Counted from the first letter of the stretch, positions 10,563 to 19,973 are shown. The stretch is 64,000 nt of DNA from Bacilli bacterium (GCA_036649855.1 JAVWAV010000002.1:3186-67185); one strand, 5' to 3'. Program-made: numbers and translations. Notes: generated by a model from the letters alone, not told the origin.

Positions 10563-10787
10563 TTAGTAATAAAATGATTTTTGAGTAAATACATGCATTT
10601 GTGATGCGACATCAATATTGACTTTTTTCTCAATTACTTTTGCTTCTTCTTTTATTGCTAAATTTTCAATCCCAAAAGGAATAATAAATAGACTTGCTGC
10701 AGAACCAAAAATACAAATTGCAATTAATCTGTTTGTTAGTCTAAAAAGAAGTGTTTTTTTACCATTTCTATTAAGTTTATCTTTCAT
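10563..10787 (-). CDS. Small bitopic membrane protein, possibly FtsL/DivIC-like
   Basis: 74 aa with one TM segment (IAICIFGSAASLFIIPF) followed by a charged helical region. It sits between rsmH and ftsA, where ftsL sits in dcw clusters. Confidence 0.35.
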   Translation of the reverse strand: MKDKLNRNGKKTLLFRLTNRLIAICIFGSAASLFIIPFGIENLAIKEEAKVIEKKVNIDVASQMHVFTQKSFYY

Positions 10788-10804
10788 ATTTTTCCTCCAT
10801 GTTT

Positions 10805-11734
10805 TTATATTTTTTCTATAATTCTAAGTTTTGCTGTTCTCGATCTATTATTTGTTGCAATTTCTTCTTCGTTTGGCGTAATTGGTTTTTTCGATACTTG
10901 TTTAAATGTAGCAACTTTATCATTTATATTGAAATTCATTCTGTCGCCTTCAACCACACAAAGCTCTTTAAATTTTTCTTTAACAATTTTATCTTCCAAT
11001 GGTTGAAATGTTATTACGCATATTCTTCCTGCTTTTTTGATTAGCTTTGATAGTTTATTTAGAACAATGCTTAATACATTTAGTTCATTATTAACTTCTA
11101 TTCTTAAAGCTTGGAATGTTTGTTTAGCTGGATGTCCTTTTTTTCTTAGTTCTTTGTCTGGTTTTGATTCTTTAATAATTTCAACTAGTTCTCCTGTTGT
11201 TTTTATAGGTGCAACGTCTCTATGTTTAATTATATTTTTAGTAATTTGATATGCGAACTTGTCTTCGCCATAATCACGTATTACTCGAGTTAAATCACTA
11301 ATTGAATAAGTATTTACAATTTCTTCGGCAGTTAATGCAGAAGATTTATCCATTCTCATATCTAATGGAGCATCAGCTTTATAAGAAAATCCTCTTTCAC
11401 CTTCGTCAAATTGAGGAGAACTAACTCCCAAATCTAGCATTACTCCGTCAACATCAAGAATGTTTAGATTTTTAAGTACGTTATCTACATCTTTAAAGTT
11501 TGACTTTACTATTGTTAAGTTAGGATATTCTAAACCTAATGTATTTTTTACATAGTCGATTGCTTCTTGGTCTTGATCTAAAGAGATTAATTGGCCTTTA
11601 TCTCCTAAATTTTCTAAAATCTTTCTTGAATGACCACCTCTACCAAGAGTTAAATCTAAGTACGTTCCATTCTTTTTAATATTGAGTCCATTAATAACTT
11701 CGTTTAATAGAACCGGGATATGTAATTCTGCCAT
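10805..11734 (-). CDS. rsmH: 16S rRNA (cytosine1402-N4)-methyltransferase RsmH (MraW)
   Basis: MAELHIPVLLNEV... with SAM motif DLTLGRGGHS. It follows mraZ. Confidence 0.9.
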   Translation of the reverse strand: MAELHIPVLLNEVINGLNIKKNGTYLDLTLGRGGHSRKILENLGDKGQLISLDQDQEAIDYVKNTLGLEYPNLTIVKSNFKDVDNVLKNLNILDVDGVMLDLGVSSPQFDEGERGFSYKADAPLDMRMDKSSALTAEEIVNTYSISDLTRVIRDYGEDKFAYQITKNIIKHRDVAPIKTTGELVEIIKESKPDKELRKKGHPAKQTFQALRIEVNNELNVLSIVLNKLSKLIKKAGRICVITFQPLEDKIVKEKFKELCVVEGDRMNFNINDKVATFKQVSKKPITPNEEEIATNNRSRTAKLRIIEKI

Positions 11735-11736
11735 AT

Positions 11737-12153
11737 TTATATTTCCTCAGCTTCTACGTCGAAGTTTTCATCATTATTTTTAGAGTATTCAATCCATTTA
11801 TTTCTATTCCAGATTTCTATATGATCTCCGGCACCAATTATTGTTAATTCTTTTGATATCTCATATTTATTTACGATATATGTTGGTAATGTTATTCTTC
11901 CTAAATTGTCTATTTCTATTTCAACGGTGGAAGATAAAATAGTTCTTACATATGCTCTTGATTTTGATTTATTAAATGATAATTCTTCAAGTTTGGTAAC
12001 CATTTTTTCATACGATGCAGAATCAAAAACACTCACACATCCGTCAAACCCTTTCATTAGGTATATTTTATCACCTAATAATAAACGAAGTTTGACTGGC
12101 ATCATGAGACGGTTCTTATTGTCTAGCACATGCTCGTATGTTCCATAAAACAT
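11737..12153 (-). CDS. mraZ: Transcriptional regulator MraZ
   Basis: MFYGTYEHVLDNKNRLMMPVKLR... with tandem MraZ half-domains. The track start 12162 is a GTG. The ATG at 12153 is preceded by AAGGAG at 8-nt spacing. Confidence 0.85.
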   Translation of the reverse strand: MFYGTYEHVLDNKNRLMMPVKLRLLLGDKIYLMKGFDGCVSVFDSASYEKMVTKLEELSFNKSKSRAYVRTILSSTVEIEIDNLGRITLPTYIVNKYEISKELTIIGAGDHIEIWNRNKWIEYSKNNDENFDVEAEEI

Positions 12154-12156
12154 AAT

Positions 12157-12196
12157 TACCACTCCTTACCACTTTCTACCACTTATCTATATTATA
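12157..12196 (-). promoter_or_regulatory. mraZ promoter -10 (TATAAT) plus three direct GTGGTA repeats at 10-bp phasing (putative MraZ operator)
   Basis: Minus strand reads TTTATAATatagataaGTGGTAgaaaGTGGTAaggaGTGGTAattATG. The repeats are at plus 12157-62, 12167-72 and 12177-82; the -10 is at 12191-12196. Confidence 0.5.
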
Positions 12197-12261
12197 AACT
12201 ATAAAAATTAAAATAAAAGACTATTTAAATAAATATTCTTAAAATTTTATTCAAAATAAAA

Positions 12262-12296
12262 ATGCTCCATTAGAATATCGTTCTAATGGAGCATTT
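12262..12296 (-). terminator. Intrinsic terminator after the pheST-DUF177 operon
   Basis: Stem GCTCCATTAGAA / TTCTAATGGAGC, followed on the minus strand by TTTTATTTT. Confidence 0.55.
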
Positions 12297-12312
12297 ATCA
12301 AAATTTCTTTTA

Positions 12313-12741
12313 TTATTCTTCTTTTCTAATTGTGTAATCTTTACCATTTTTTGGCAATTTTTCGCCTTTTTTAACAGGTGCCACAGGTAATGAACAATAA
12401 ACTAACGAATAAATTATTTCATCAATATTGATAACTGATTTATTACTATAAAAAATAACGTCATTTTCTTTGTCTTTATCATCTGTTATATATACTTCTT
12501 CACTACAACTTAAATCATAATCAAATGGTTTAAGTGTATAACAAGAAATTAACGAAACAAGACCTTTTACATTAAGCTGCATAATTAAAATATCATCAGT
12601 TTCTTTGCACTTTGCAACAACTTCTAATGCGTTAATATCAGCAATAAGCGTACTATCTTTATAGAAATCTGGATTTAAATGAACAGTTTCTTTAAATTCT
12701 ATACATTTATTATCTCTTAATTGCGAACGATTTATATTCAT
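12313..12741 (-). CDS. DUF177 (YceD/YlbN-like) protein
   Basis: 142 aa. The SCYTLKPF motif resembles the YlbN PCSRTLKPV motif, and C-terminal Cys-containing motifs are present. Its start overlaps the pheT stop (ATGA). Confidence 0.55.
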   Translation of the reverse strand: MNINRSQLRDNKCIEFKETVHLNPDFYKDSTLIADINALEVVAKCKETDDILIMQLNVKGLVSLISCYTLKPFDYDLSCSEEVYITDDKDKENDVIFYSNKSVINIDEIIYSLVYCSLPVAPVKKGEKLPKNGKDYTIRKEE

Positions 12742-15140
12742 GATCTTTGCTCGATATTAAATTTTTGTTTTAAATCTTCAATGACTTTTGAAACAGTAAG
12801 AACAATTTCTTCCTCTTTAAGCGTTCTTTCTTGAGAGTTGAAAATTAATGAAATAGCAACTGATTTAGTCTTATCATCGGTATTTGCACTTTCGTAAATA
12901 TCAAATATATCAACTGATTGAACTAATGGACTACCAGCCTTTTTAACTTCTTTAATTAATTCTCCAGCAGTAATATCTTTAGAAATAAAGAAAGCTAAAT
13001 CTCTTTGCACAGAAGGGTATTTTGACCATTCTTTTGCTTTAATCTCACTTGTTTTCATTTCATAAAATGGATCTAACACCATTTCTAAAACAATAGTTGC
13101 AGATTTTCCTAAATCATATTCTTTATAAATATTTGGATGCAAATCGCCAATTACGCCAACGATCTTATTGCCAATTTTGATAACGGCAGATTTACCTGGA
13201 TGGAAATATGAATTTAAACAATCACATTTTTCAAGTTTATATCTTGATTGTTCGATTCCAAACATATGAATTATTGATTCAAAAACACCTTTTAACGTAA
13301 AGAAACTAAACGACTCTTTATGAAGCTGTCCTTGTAATAATTCATTTCCAGAAACACAAACACATAAATGCGAACTTGCGGTGTTTTCAGTATAAATATT
13401 TGAAATTTCAAAGAATTTTAAATCTTTATTTTTTCTTTTAATATTATACGAAATTGCTGTTAACATCGATGGAATAAGGCTCGTTCTTAAATATTTGTGG
13501 TCATCAGTTAGCGGATTTAATAGTGCTATAACTGGTAATTTTTCAAACAAATTAATTTCATTTGTTTGTTTTTCATTAACTAATGAATAAGTTAATATTT
13601 GATAATATCCATTATTAACTAAATAATCAGAAATTAATTCGTTTTTAATATATTTGTCATCTTTAATTCCAACCGACATATTTGTTTCTGGAAGAACTGA
13701 TTTAATCTTATCAAATCCTTGTAATCTTATTATTTCTTCAGATAAATCAGCTTTATCAGTAATATCGATTCGATAATCAGGAATAATAGCGAGATAATTT
13801 GTATTATCAAGTTTTGAAACTGAAATATTCAGTCTTTCAAAAGTTTCATTAATAGTTTCAAAACTAAAATTCGTTCCTAGTCTTTTATTTATATATTCAT
13901 ATGTAAATGGTATTTCTAAATTTCTAAATTTAATTTCATCATATGAATATATAACAGAAGCACTTTCAGCTTCTGCGAGTCTTTTAAGTAATGAAATAGC
14001 TAAAGATAACGCGAATTCTTGTCCATTTTTATTAATTCCTTTTGTAAATAAGGCGCTGGAATCAGATGATAAACCAAGTCTATTTGAAGTGACTCTCACG
14101 CTTTTTTGTTCAAAAACAGCTGCTTCAATGACAATACGTTTGGTTTCCGATGTTGTTTCACTATGAAGTGAACCCATCACGCCACCAAGACATTCAATAT
14201 TTTTTCCTGAATTAATCGTGATATCACCTACTATTACACTGTATTTATTTTCGTCTAATGCAACAAATTCTTGTGTTATATCATCTTTCACAATTAATTC
14301 TTTAACTTCTAATTTGTCATAATCATACATATGAAGTGGTTGAGCAGTTAACAACATAACGTAATTTCCGATATCAACAATATTATTAATACTTCTTATA
14401 CCAGATGAAGTTAATATATTTTTAAGCCACATTGGTGATTCATGAACATCGATTCCGTCAATTACTACAGCTTCAAATTTTTTACAAGCAGGGGTAAAAG
14501 ATTGAACTTGCAATGGTAAAATGTTCTTTTTTAGTTCAGAATCGTAATAAATATTAGTAAATTGTCTTTGAAATAAAGCAGCGACTTCTTTAGCAATACA
14601 TAAAATTGAGTTTGCATCAGGACGATTTGCTAATGGTTTTAAATCTAAAATAGTATCGTCTAATCCTAATAATTCAAAAACATCTTCATCTCCAACTTGA
14701 GCATTAACATCACATTCATGAATGCCATCTATCTCGGATTTATCAAGGAATTTCTTATCAACACCTAGTTCTAATAAAGAACAGCACATTCCATTAGAAT
14801 CTGCTCCTCTAATATTTCCGGCTTTAATTTCTAAAGAAGGAAGTTGTGCACCAACGCGTGCAACAATGACCTTAAGATCTTTACGAGCATTTGGTGCACC
14901 GCAAACTATTTGAACTATTCCATATTTTGATCCTAAATCAACTTTCAAAACGTGAAGATGATCACTATCTGGATGTTTTTCACATTCTAAAATTTGACCA
15001 ATCACTAAATTTGTTCCTGAAGCGATTTTATCAACGCTTTCAACCTCAATTCCAGCAAATGTTAACTTGTTAGCAATATCAACTGGTGAAATATTGTCGA
15101 TTTTAACGTATTTTGACAATTCTTTAATACTAATTTTCAT
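12738..15140 (-). CDS. pheT: Phenylalanyl-tRNA synthetase beta subunit
   Basis: 800 aa with N-terminal tRNA-binding domain (HPDSDHLHVLKVDLG), B3/4 and B5 regions. Confidence 0.95.
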   Translation of the reverse strand: MKISIKELSKYVKIDNISPVDIANKLTFAGIEVESVDKIASGTNLVIGQILECEKHPDSDHLHVLKVDLGSKYGIVQIVCGAPNARKDLKVIVARVGAQLPSLEIKAGNIRGADSNGMCCSLLELGVDKKFLDKSEIDGIHECDVNAQVGDEDVFELLGLDDTILDLKPLANRPDANSILCIAKEVAALFQRQFTNIYYDSELKKNILPLQVQSFTPACKKFEAVVIDGIDVHESPMWLKNILTSSGIRSINNIVDIGNYVMLLTAQPLHMYDYDKLEVKELIVKDDITQEFVALDENKYSVIVGDITINSGKNIECLGGVMGSLHSETTSETKRIVIEAAVFEQKSVRVTSNRLGLSSDSSALFTKGINKNGQEFALSLAISLLKRLAEAESASVIYSYDEIKFRNLEIPFTYEYINKRLGTNFSFETINETFERLNISVSKLDNTNYLAIIPDYRIDITDKADLSEEIIRLQGFDKIKSVLPETNMSVGIKDDKYIKNELISDYLVNNGYYQILTYSLVNEKQTNEINLFEKLPVIALLNPLTDDHKYLRTSLIPSMLTAISYNIKRKNKDLKFFEISNIYTENTASSHLCVCVSGNELLQGQLHKESFSFFTLKGVFESIIHMFGIEQSRYKLEKCDCLNSYFHPGKSAVIKIGNKIVGVIGDLHPNIYKEYDLGKSATIVLEMVLDPFYEMKTSEIKAKEWSKYPSVQRDLAFFISKDITAGELIKEVKKAGSPLVQSVDIFDIYESANTDDKTKSVAISLIFNSQERTLKEEEIVLTVSKVIEDLKQKFNIEQRS

Positions 15141-15148
15141 ATTGTTAC

Positions 15149-16186
15149 CTACTTTCTTTTATCAAATTGATTTAAAAATTTAATATCATTTTGATAAAAT
15201 TTGCGTATATCATCAATGCCATATCTTAGCATTGCAACACGTTCTATTCCGATTCCAAAGGCAAATCCACTAAAAATTTCAGGATCATATCCGTTCATTT
15301 TTAAAACATTTGGATGAACCATTCCAGCTCCTAAAATTTCAATATATCCGGTTCCTTTGCAAACTGAACATCCTTTTCCTCCGCATTCTGAGCAAGAAAT
15401 ATCAATTTCTACTGATGGTTCAGTAAATGGGAAAAAACTTGAACGTAATCTAATGGTTCTTTTTTCGCCATACATTTTTTTAATGAATAATTCTAATGTA
15501 GCCTTTAAATTAGCTAAATTTATATTTTTTCCAACAACCAACCCTTCAACTTGAGCAAATTGATGTGAATGTGTAGCATCATCATCATCTCTTCTATATG
15601 TTTTTCCTGGGCAAATTATCTTTAAAGGTTCATTAGGATTCTTCTCTAAAGTATGAGCTTGAACAGGAGAAGTATGTGTCCTTAATAACGTGTTAGGATT
15701 AATATAAAAAGTGTCCTGCATATCACGTGCTGGATGATCTTTTGGTAAATTAAGCAATTCAAAATTATAATGATCACTTTCAACCTCGTTTCCTTCAGCA
15801 ACAGAAAATCCCATAGATACGAATATATCAACTATTTCATCAATAATTTTATAGAATGGATTCTTGCCGCCAACATTAAGCATTGCTCCTGGAAGAGTAA
15901 TATCAATCGACTCATTTTGAAGTTTTAAATTGATTTCATTCATCTCAATATCTTTTTGCTTAATGGCAAAAAATTCAGCAATCGAATTTTTTGCGGCGTT
16001 TATTGCTTGTCCAGCCTTACTTCTTTCTTCACCAGTCAAATCTTTAAGAGAAACAAGTAAATCACTAATTTTTGATTTTTTTGATAAGTAAATGCCTTTT
16101 ATTTCATTTAGTTCATCCTTGTTGTTGACTGATTCAATTGCTTTTTTTGCTTCTTCGATTAACTCATTAATTGTAGTTAAATCCAT
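15149..16186 (-). CDS. pheS: Phenylalanyl-tRNA synthetase alpha subunit
   Basis: 345 aa with class II motifs (FRxE-like FFPFTEPS, GAGMVHPNVL). Confidence 0.95.
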   Translation of the reverse strand: MDLTTINELIEEAKKAIESVNNKDELNEIKGIYLSKKSKISDLLVSLKDLTGEERSKAGQAINAAKNSIAEFFAIKQKDIEMNEINLKLQNESIDITLPGAMLNVGGKNPFYKIIDEIVDIFVSMGFSVAEGNEVESDHYNFELLNLPKDHPARDMQDTFYINPNTLLRTHTSPVQAHTLEKNPNEPLKIICPGKTYRRDDDDATHSHQFAQVEGLVVGKNINLANLKATLELFIKKMYGEKRTIRLRSSFFPFTEPSVEIDISCSECGGKGCSVCKGTGYIEILGAGMVHPNVLKMNGYDPEIFSGFAFGIGIERVAMLRYGIDDIRKFYQNDIKFLNQFDKRK

Positions 16187-16189
16187 ATT

Positions 16190-16430
16190 TTCTCCTTTAA
16201 ATTAAAAAACTCCTCAAACTAAGGAGCGACAAAGTCGTGTTACCATCCAAATTCATGTTTAAACATGCACTTAATTAATTTTAACGCAAATATACGCTAG
16301 CATTACACTAGATGCTAAAAGATGAATTCATCGTAATACGCTGTGGATTTCGCACTATCATCCGCTCACTGTAAGTATACTTTGTCGATTACTTTTTCTT
16401 TATAACAGCAATATTATTTTAACATAACAA
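16190..16430 (-). promoter_or_regulatory. pheS promoter plus T-box leader (Phe, specifier UUC)
   Basis: Minus-strand promoter TTGTTA(16425-30) -17- TGtTATAAA(16399-16407). The T-box-like core GGATGGTAACACGAC (plus 16234-16248) is followed by the hairpin CTCCTT...AGGAG and a U6 tract. Candidate specifier is UUC-A (plus 16324-26). Confidence 0.65.
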
Positions 16431-16497
16431 TTTTATTTAAACAATCAAACAAATAACAAATTAGTTTAGTAATTTATTAGTAGTTTATTAGTGGTTT

Positions 16498-17235
16498 TTA
16501 TTTGTTATTTAGTAATTGATAAATAAAAATACCAGTTGCAATAGCGACATTTAATGACTCAATAGCTTGAATGTCGATTTTAACTAAATGATCAGAAATA
16601 TCGATAATTTTGTCTGATATTCCATTTGCTTCATTGCCCATAATTAAGACAAATTTATCTCCATCGAGTTTAAATTTGTTTAATGATATACTTTTTTCTA
16701 AAAGCGTAGTTGCGATAAGAGGATAGCCGTTATTTTTTAAATTTTTTAACGTATTTATATCACCAATTGAGTAGTTAATATTAAATATTGAACCTTGAGA
16801 AGCACTAATAACTTTAGAATTAAATATCGAAGCGCAATTTGATGAAAAAATAATATCAGTAAGGCCAAAGGCAACGCAAGTTCTAATAATAGTTCCGACA
16901 TTTCCAGGATCACTTACGCCATCTAGATAAATTATTTTTTTATGAGATGTTTCTTTTTCCTTTATTAAGTGACAATATGTAATGATTCCTTGAGAATTTT
17001 TATTTTCACTTAATTTTTCAATAATAAATGGTGGAACAATGTATTGATCGACATCATCTATTTCTTCTTCTTTTGTGGAAATAATATAAGCAATATCTCC
17101 ATACATTTTTGCCATTTCAAAACCATGATATCCTTCGATATAAAATAGATCATTTTCTTTTTTGTTTTTTGCTTGTTTGAGTTTCAAACTATCCTTAATA
17201 ATAGGATTGGTTGCAGAAGTTATCTTGGTAATCAT
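16498..17235 (-). CDS. SpoU/TrmH-family RNA 2'-O-methyltransferase
   Basis: 245 aa. SPOUT motifs: GNVGTIIRT, LIMGNEANG, LNVAIATGI. Confidence 0.75.
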   Translation of the reverse strand: MITKITSATNPIIKDSLKLKQAKNKKENDLFYIEGYHGFEMAKMYGDIAYIISTKEEEIDDVDQYIVPPFIIEKLSENKNSQGIITYCHLIKEKETSHKKIIYLDGVSDPGNVGTIIRTCVAFGLTDIIFSSNCASIFNSKVISASQGSIFNINYSIGDINTLKNLKNNGYPLIATTLLEKSISLNKFKLDGDKFVLIMGNEANGISDKIIDISDHLVKIDIQAIESLNVAIATGIFIYQLLNNK

Positions 17236-17861
17236 TTAAATTCTCCTTTTTTCATCTTTTTACGATAAAAATCATAGTCGTGACAATAATTATTTACTAC
17301 AGCATAGAAATCTTTTGAATGATTATGAACGAAGTAATGGCTCAATTCATGAACGATTACTGAATCAATTATAGGATAACTATAATGAATCAAAGTTGTT
17401 GATAAATGTATTTTGTTTTTAACAAAATTATTAGATCCATAAATGCTTTTTAGCTTGCTAACAGAAACACTGTGTTTTATTGGAATTCCCATTATTCCTT
17501 CATAATAAGCGATTTTATTAGTTACATATTGGAGAAAAAATGGTTTAACTTTTTCATAAAATTGTTCTTCTGAATATGCTGCAAATGTTATATTTTCAAT
17601 TGTTATAACAGGTAAGATTTGTTCTTCTCCAAGAATAAACACGCTATTATCATTAAAGTATTTTTTCCTATTAGATTTTTTTATTAATCTTGGTCCTGAA
17701 GAAATTACGCAGTCCTTAATATATGTCTTTGTTGTAAAGCGCGACGTATGAACAAAAAATTCGTTATTAACAAATCTAATTGATAAATTTTTCATACGTT
17801 TTATTTCTACGTGAACAACATATGTATTTTCTTGTATTTTAACACTTAAATCGTATTTCAT
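17232..17861 (-). CDS. YgjP-like (DUF45, M48-like) metal-dependent hydrolase
   Basis: 209 aa, C-terminal HELSHYFVHNHSKDFY (HExxH...NH) motif. Confidence 0.6.
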   Translation of the reverse strand: MKYDLSVKIQENTYVVHVEIKRMKNLSIRFVNNEFFVHTSRFTTKTYIKDCVISSGPRLIKKSNRKKYFNDNSVFILGEEQILPVITIENITFAAYSEEQFYEKVKPFFLQYVTNKIAYYEGIMGIPIKHSVSVSKLKSIYGSNNFVKNKIHLSTTLIHYSYPIIDSVIVHELSHYFVHNHSKDFYAVVNNYCHDYDFYRKKMKKGEFK

Positions 17862-17911
17862 TTATTTATTATACCTTGAAAAACCTATAATTTATAGTAT
17901 AATAAACAGGC

Positions 17912-18343
17912 ATGGAAAAAATATTAGTTAGTGCTTGCTTAGCAGGCGAAAAAACACGTTATGATGGAAAAAGTTCTTATACTCCACTTTTTAAAGAACT
18001 CCAAAAAAAATACGATATTATTTTAGTTTGCCCCGAAGTTTTTGGTGGTTTACCAACACCTCGTCCACGCAGTGAAATAAAAAATGGCAAAGTTATCAAT
18101 GAAAAAGGCTTTGACGTCACAAAAAAATTTGAATCAGGTGTTGATAAAGCAATTACCGCTGTAAAATATTTTAATATCACAAAAGCATTACTTAAGGATG
18201 GCTCTCCAAGTTGTGGAAGCTCTAAAATACATGATGGCAGTTTTACTTCCGCAATGGTTTCAGGACAAGGTCTACTTGCAGAACGTTTAACAAAAATTGG
18301 TGTTGAAATATATACCGAAGATCAAATAGAAAGTTTACTCTAA
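17912..18343 (+). CDS. DUF523-family protein (YbbK-like)
   Basis: 143 aa with N-terminal SACLAGEKTRYDG...CPE and C-terminal DGSPSCGS Cys motifs typical of DUF523. Confidence 0.5.
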   Translation: MEKILVSACLAGEKTRYDGKSSYTPLFKELQKKYDIILVCPEVFGGLPTPRPRSEIKNGKVINEKGFDVTKKFESGVDKAITAVKYFNITKALLKDGSPSCGSSKIHDGSFTSAMVSGQGLLAERLTKIGVEIYTEDQIESLL

Positions 18344-18350
18344 AAAAATA

Positions 18351-18387
18351 AATGGCTTTGAGGTTTTGCCCCAAAGCCATTTTTTTA
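18351..18387. terminator. Bidirectional intrinsic terminator between the DUF523 gene and the M42 peptidase gene
   Basis: AATGGCTTTG (18351-60) pairs with CAAAGCCATT (18372-81). It is flanked by an A-run upstream and T7 downstream. Confidence 0.6.
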
Positions 18388-19467
18388 TTCAAATTTTGAT
18401 GCTTTTAATTTTTCTAACGTTTCTTTATTAATTGCTTTAGAAATTTCTACTACAAGTTTAACAGCTTCAAGATAATCATTATAATTAATTAATGAGGCAT
18501 GAGAATGGAAATAACGGCAAGGAATTGAAAGAGTCATATTAATAACTCCATCAAATTGTTTGTGCATTTCTCCGCTATCTGTTCCACCAGCGGATAACAT
18601 ATCATAAGTATATTTAATGTTATGTTTTTTTGCTATTTCTTCGACAAAATCGAACAACCCACGATGTGCAATAACACTTCCATCTTTTAAAGAAAGAGCA
18701 ATACCAGCACCTAATTTAGTAGGAAGAGAAGGTGAACCTGGTAAATCATATGACATTGTAACGTCAAGTGCAATTGCGATATCTGGTTTTACAAAATATG
18801 AACAAGTTTTTGCACCTCTGCATCCAACTTCTTCTTGAACACTTCCTGCAAATACAATATTTGCATCATGATCAATATTTTGTAATTGTTTTAAAGCTTC
18901 AATACCAACAGCAACACAAATTCTGTCATCCCAAGCTTTGCCAAGTAAAGTGACTCCATCATTGAGAACTCTAAATTCTTGATAAGGAGTAACAGTATCT
19001 CCAATTTGAATTCCTAATTCTTCAATCATTTTTTTGTCAGTTACACCCATATCAAGATATAAAGCACTTGTTTCTAAGACTTTATTTCTCATTTCAGCAC
19101 TCATTCCGTGTGGAGGTTGAGCACCAATTACTCCAAAATATTTCTTTCCTAATCTGGTTTTTACAATCATTTGTTGAGCAAGAACGACATGATTCCACCA
19201 TCCGCCAATAGGCGTAATGCGAAGCATTCCGCATTCTAAAATTTCACTAATCATCCATCCAATTTCATCCATATGTGCAGTAAATAAAACAGTTGGTTGA
19301 TCAGCTTGTCCATTTTGATAAACAATGGTTGAACCTAAATTATCATGCTTAATAATTGTTTTTTCACTTTTTAATTCGCGAGCAATAAGTTGAGATACTT
19401 CTTTTTCATCACCTGAAATTCCTTGAATTTCAGAAATTTCTTTTAATAATTGATATTCTTTTTTCAT
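18385..19467 (-). CDS. M42-family aminopeptidase (FrvX/PepA-like)
   Basis: 360 aa with metal-ligand motifs (HMDEIGW, DDR, EEVG). Confidence 0.8.
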   Translation of the reverse strand: MKKEYQLLKEISEIQGISGDEKEVSQLIARELKSEKTIIKHDNLGSTIVYQNGQADQPTVLFTAHMDEIGWMISEILECGMLRITPIGGWWNHVVLAQQMIVKTRLGKKYFGVIGAQPPHGMSAEMRNKVLETSALYLDMGVTDKKMIEELGIQIGDTVTPYQEFRVLNDGVTLLGKAWDDRICVAVGIEALKQLQNIDHDANIVFAGSVQEEVGCRGAKTCSYFVKPDIAIALDVTMSYDLPGSPSLPTKLGAGIALSLKDGSVIAHRGLFDFVEEIAKKHNIKYTYDMLSAGGTDSGEMHKQFDGVINMTLSIPCRYFHSHASLINYNDYLEAVKLVVEISKAINKETLEKLKASKFE

Positions 19468-19484
19468 TTTTAAATTTTACCTTT

Positions 19485-19973
19485 CTAATATTTATTATTT
19501 TGACGTTCGTAATTTACATTTAGTTTAGAAATATATCCATTCATTACATCTTCTTTTGTTAAATTAAGTAAAGTAGATAAACCAAGGAATTCTTTAAAAA
19601 GAGAAATATAATCCTCGTAATCTTCGCTAATTCTAAATGAATCAAGTAATGAATAAACATACAAAAATTGTTCATTAATATTACTACAAGTATTAATTTC
19701 TTCAATTTCGTTAAATCTATAATTAAATGATAATCCTAATGATAAAATAAAATGTAATCCATCAGCAAATTCATCAACAATTCGACATTTTTCTTCAGCT
19801 GGTTTAAGAGACCGAAATTTAAATGAACGGGTTGCATTTGCCAACTCACCTAATTCAACAAGAAAAGCCAAAAATCTTCTGCCTTTCGTTGTTTCGTATG
19901 TAACATTGTGTAATTTTAAGATTTCTTTATCGAGCTTTTCTTGTTCAATAAATAGCTTCTCAAGATTAAACAT
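19485..19973 (-). CDS. Dimeric dUTPase-like protein (all-alpha NTP-pyrophosphatase, YncF-like)
   Basis: 162 aa with the pattern ...RFLAFLVELGELAN.... It overlaps the glgP stop by 8 nt. Confidence 0.45.
   Translation of the reverse strand: MFNLEKLFIEQEKLDKEILKLHNVTYETTKGRRFLAFLVELGELANATRSFKFRSLKPAEEKCRIVDEFADGLHFILSLGLSFNYRFNEIEEINTCSNINEQFLYVYSLLDSFRISEDYEDYISLFKEFLGLSTLLNLTKEDVMNGYISKLNVNYERQNNKY

Noticed and set aside
16468-16497. Short tandem repeat TTTATTAGTAG TTTATTAGTGG at the 3' end of the SpoU methyltransferase gene
   Set aside because: Only two imperfect copies in AT-rich sequence. This is likely chance, not a CRISPR array or satellite.
18385-19467. Second M42 peptidase (50499..51572) as a duplicated mobile block
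   Set aside because: The two paralogs are only distantly related in sequence and sit in different conserved neighbourhoods. They are ancient paralogs, not a recent duplication or mobile element.
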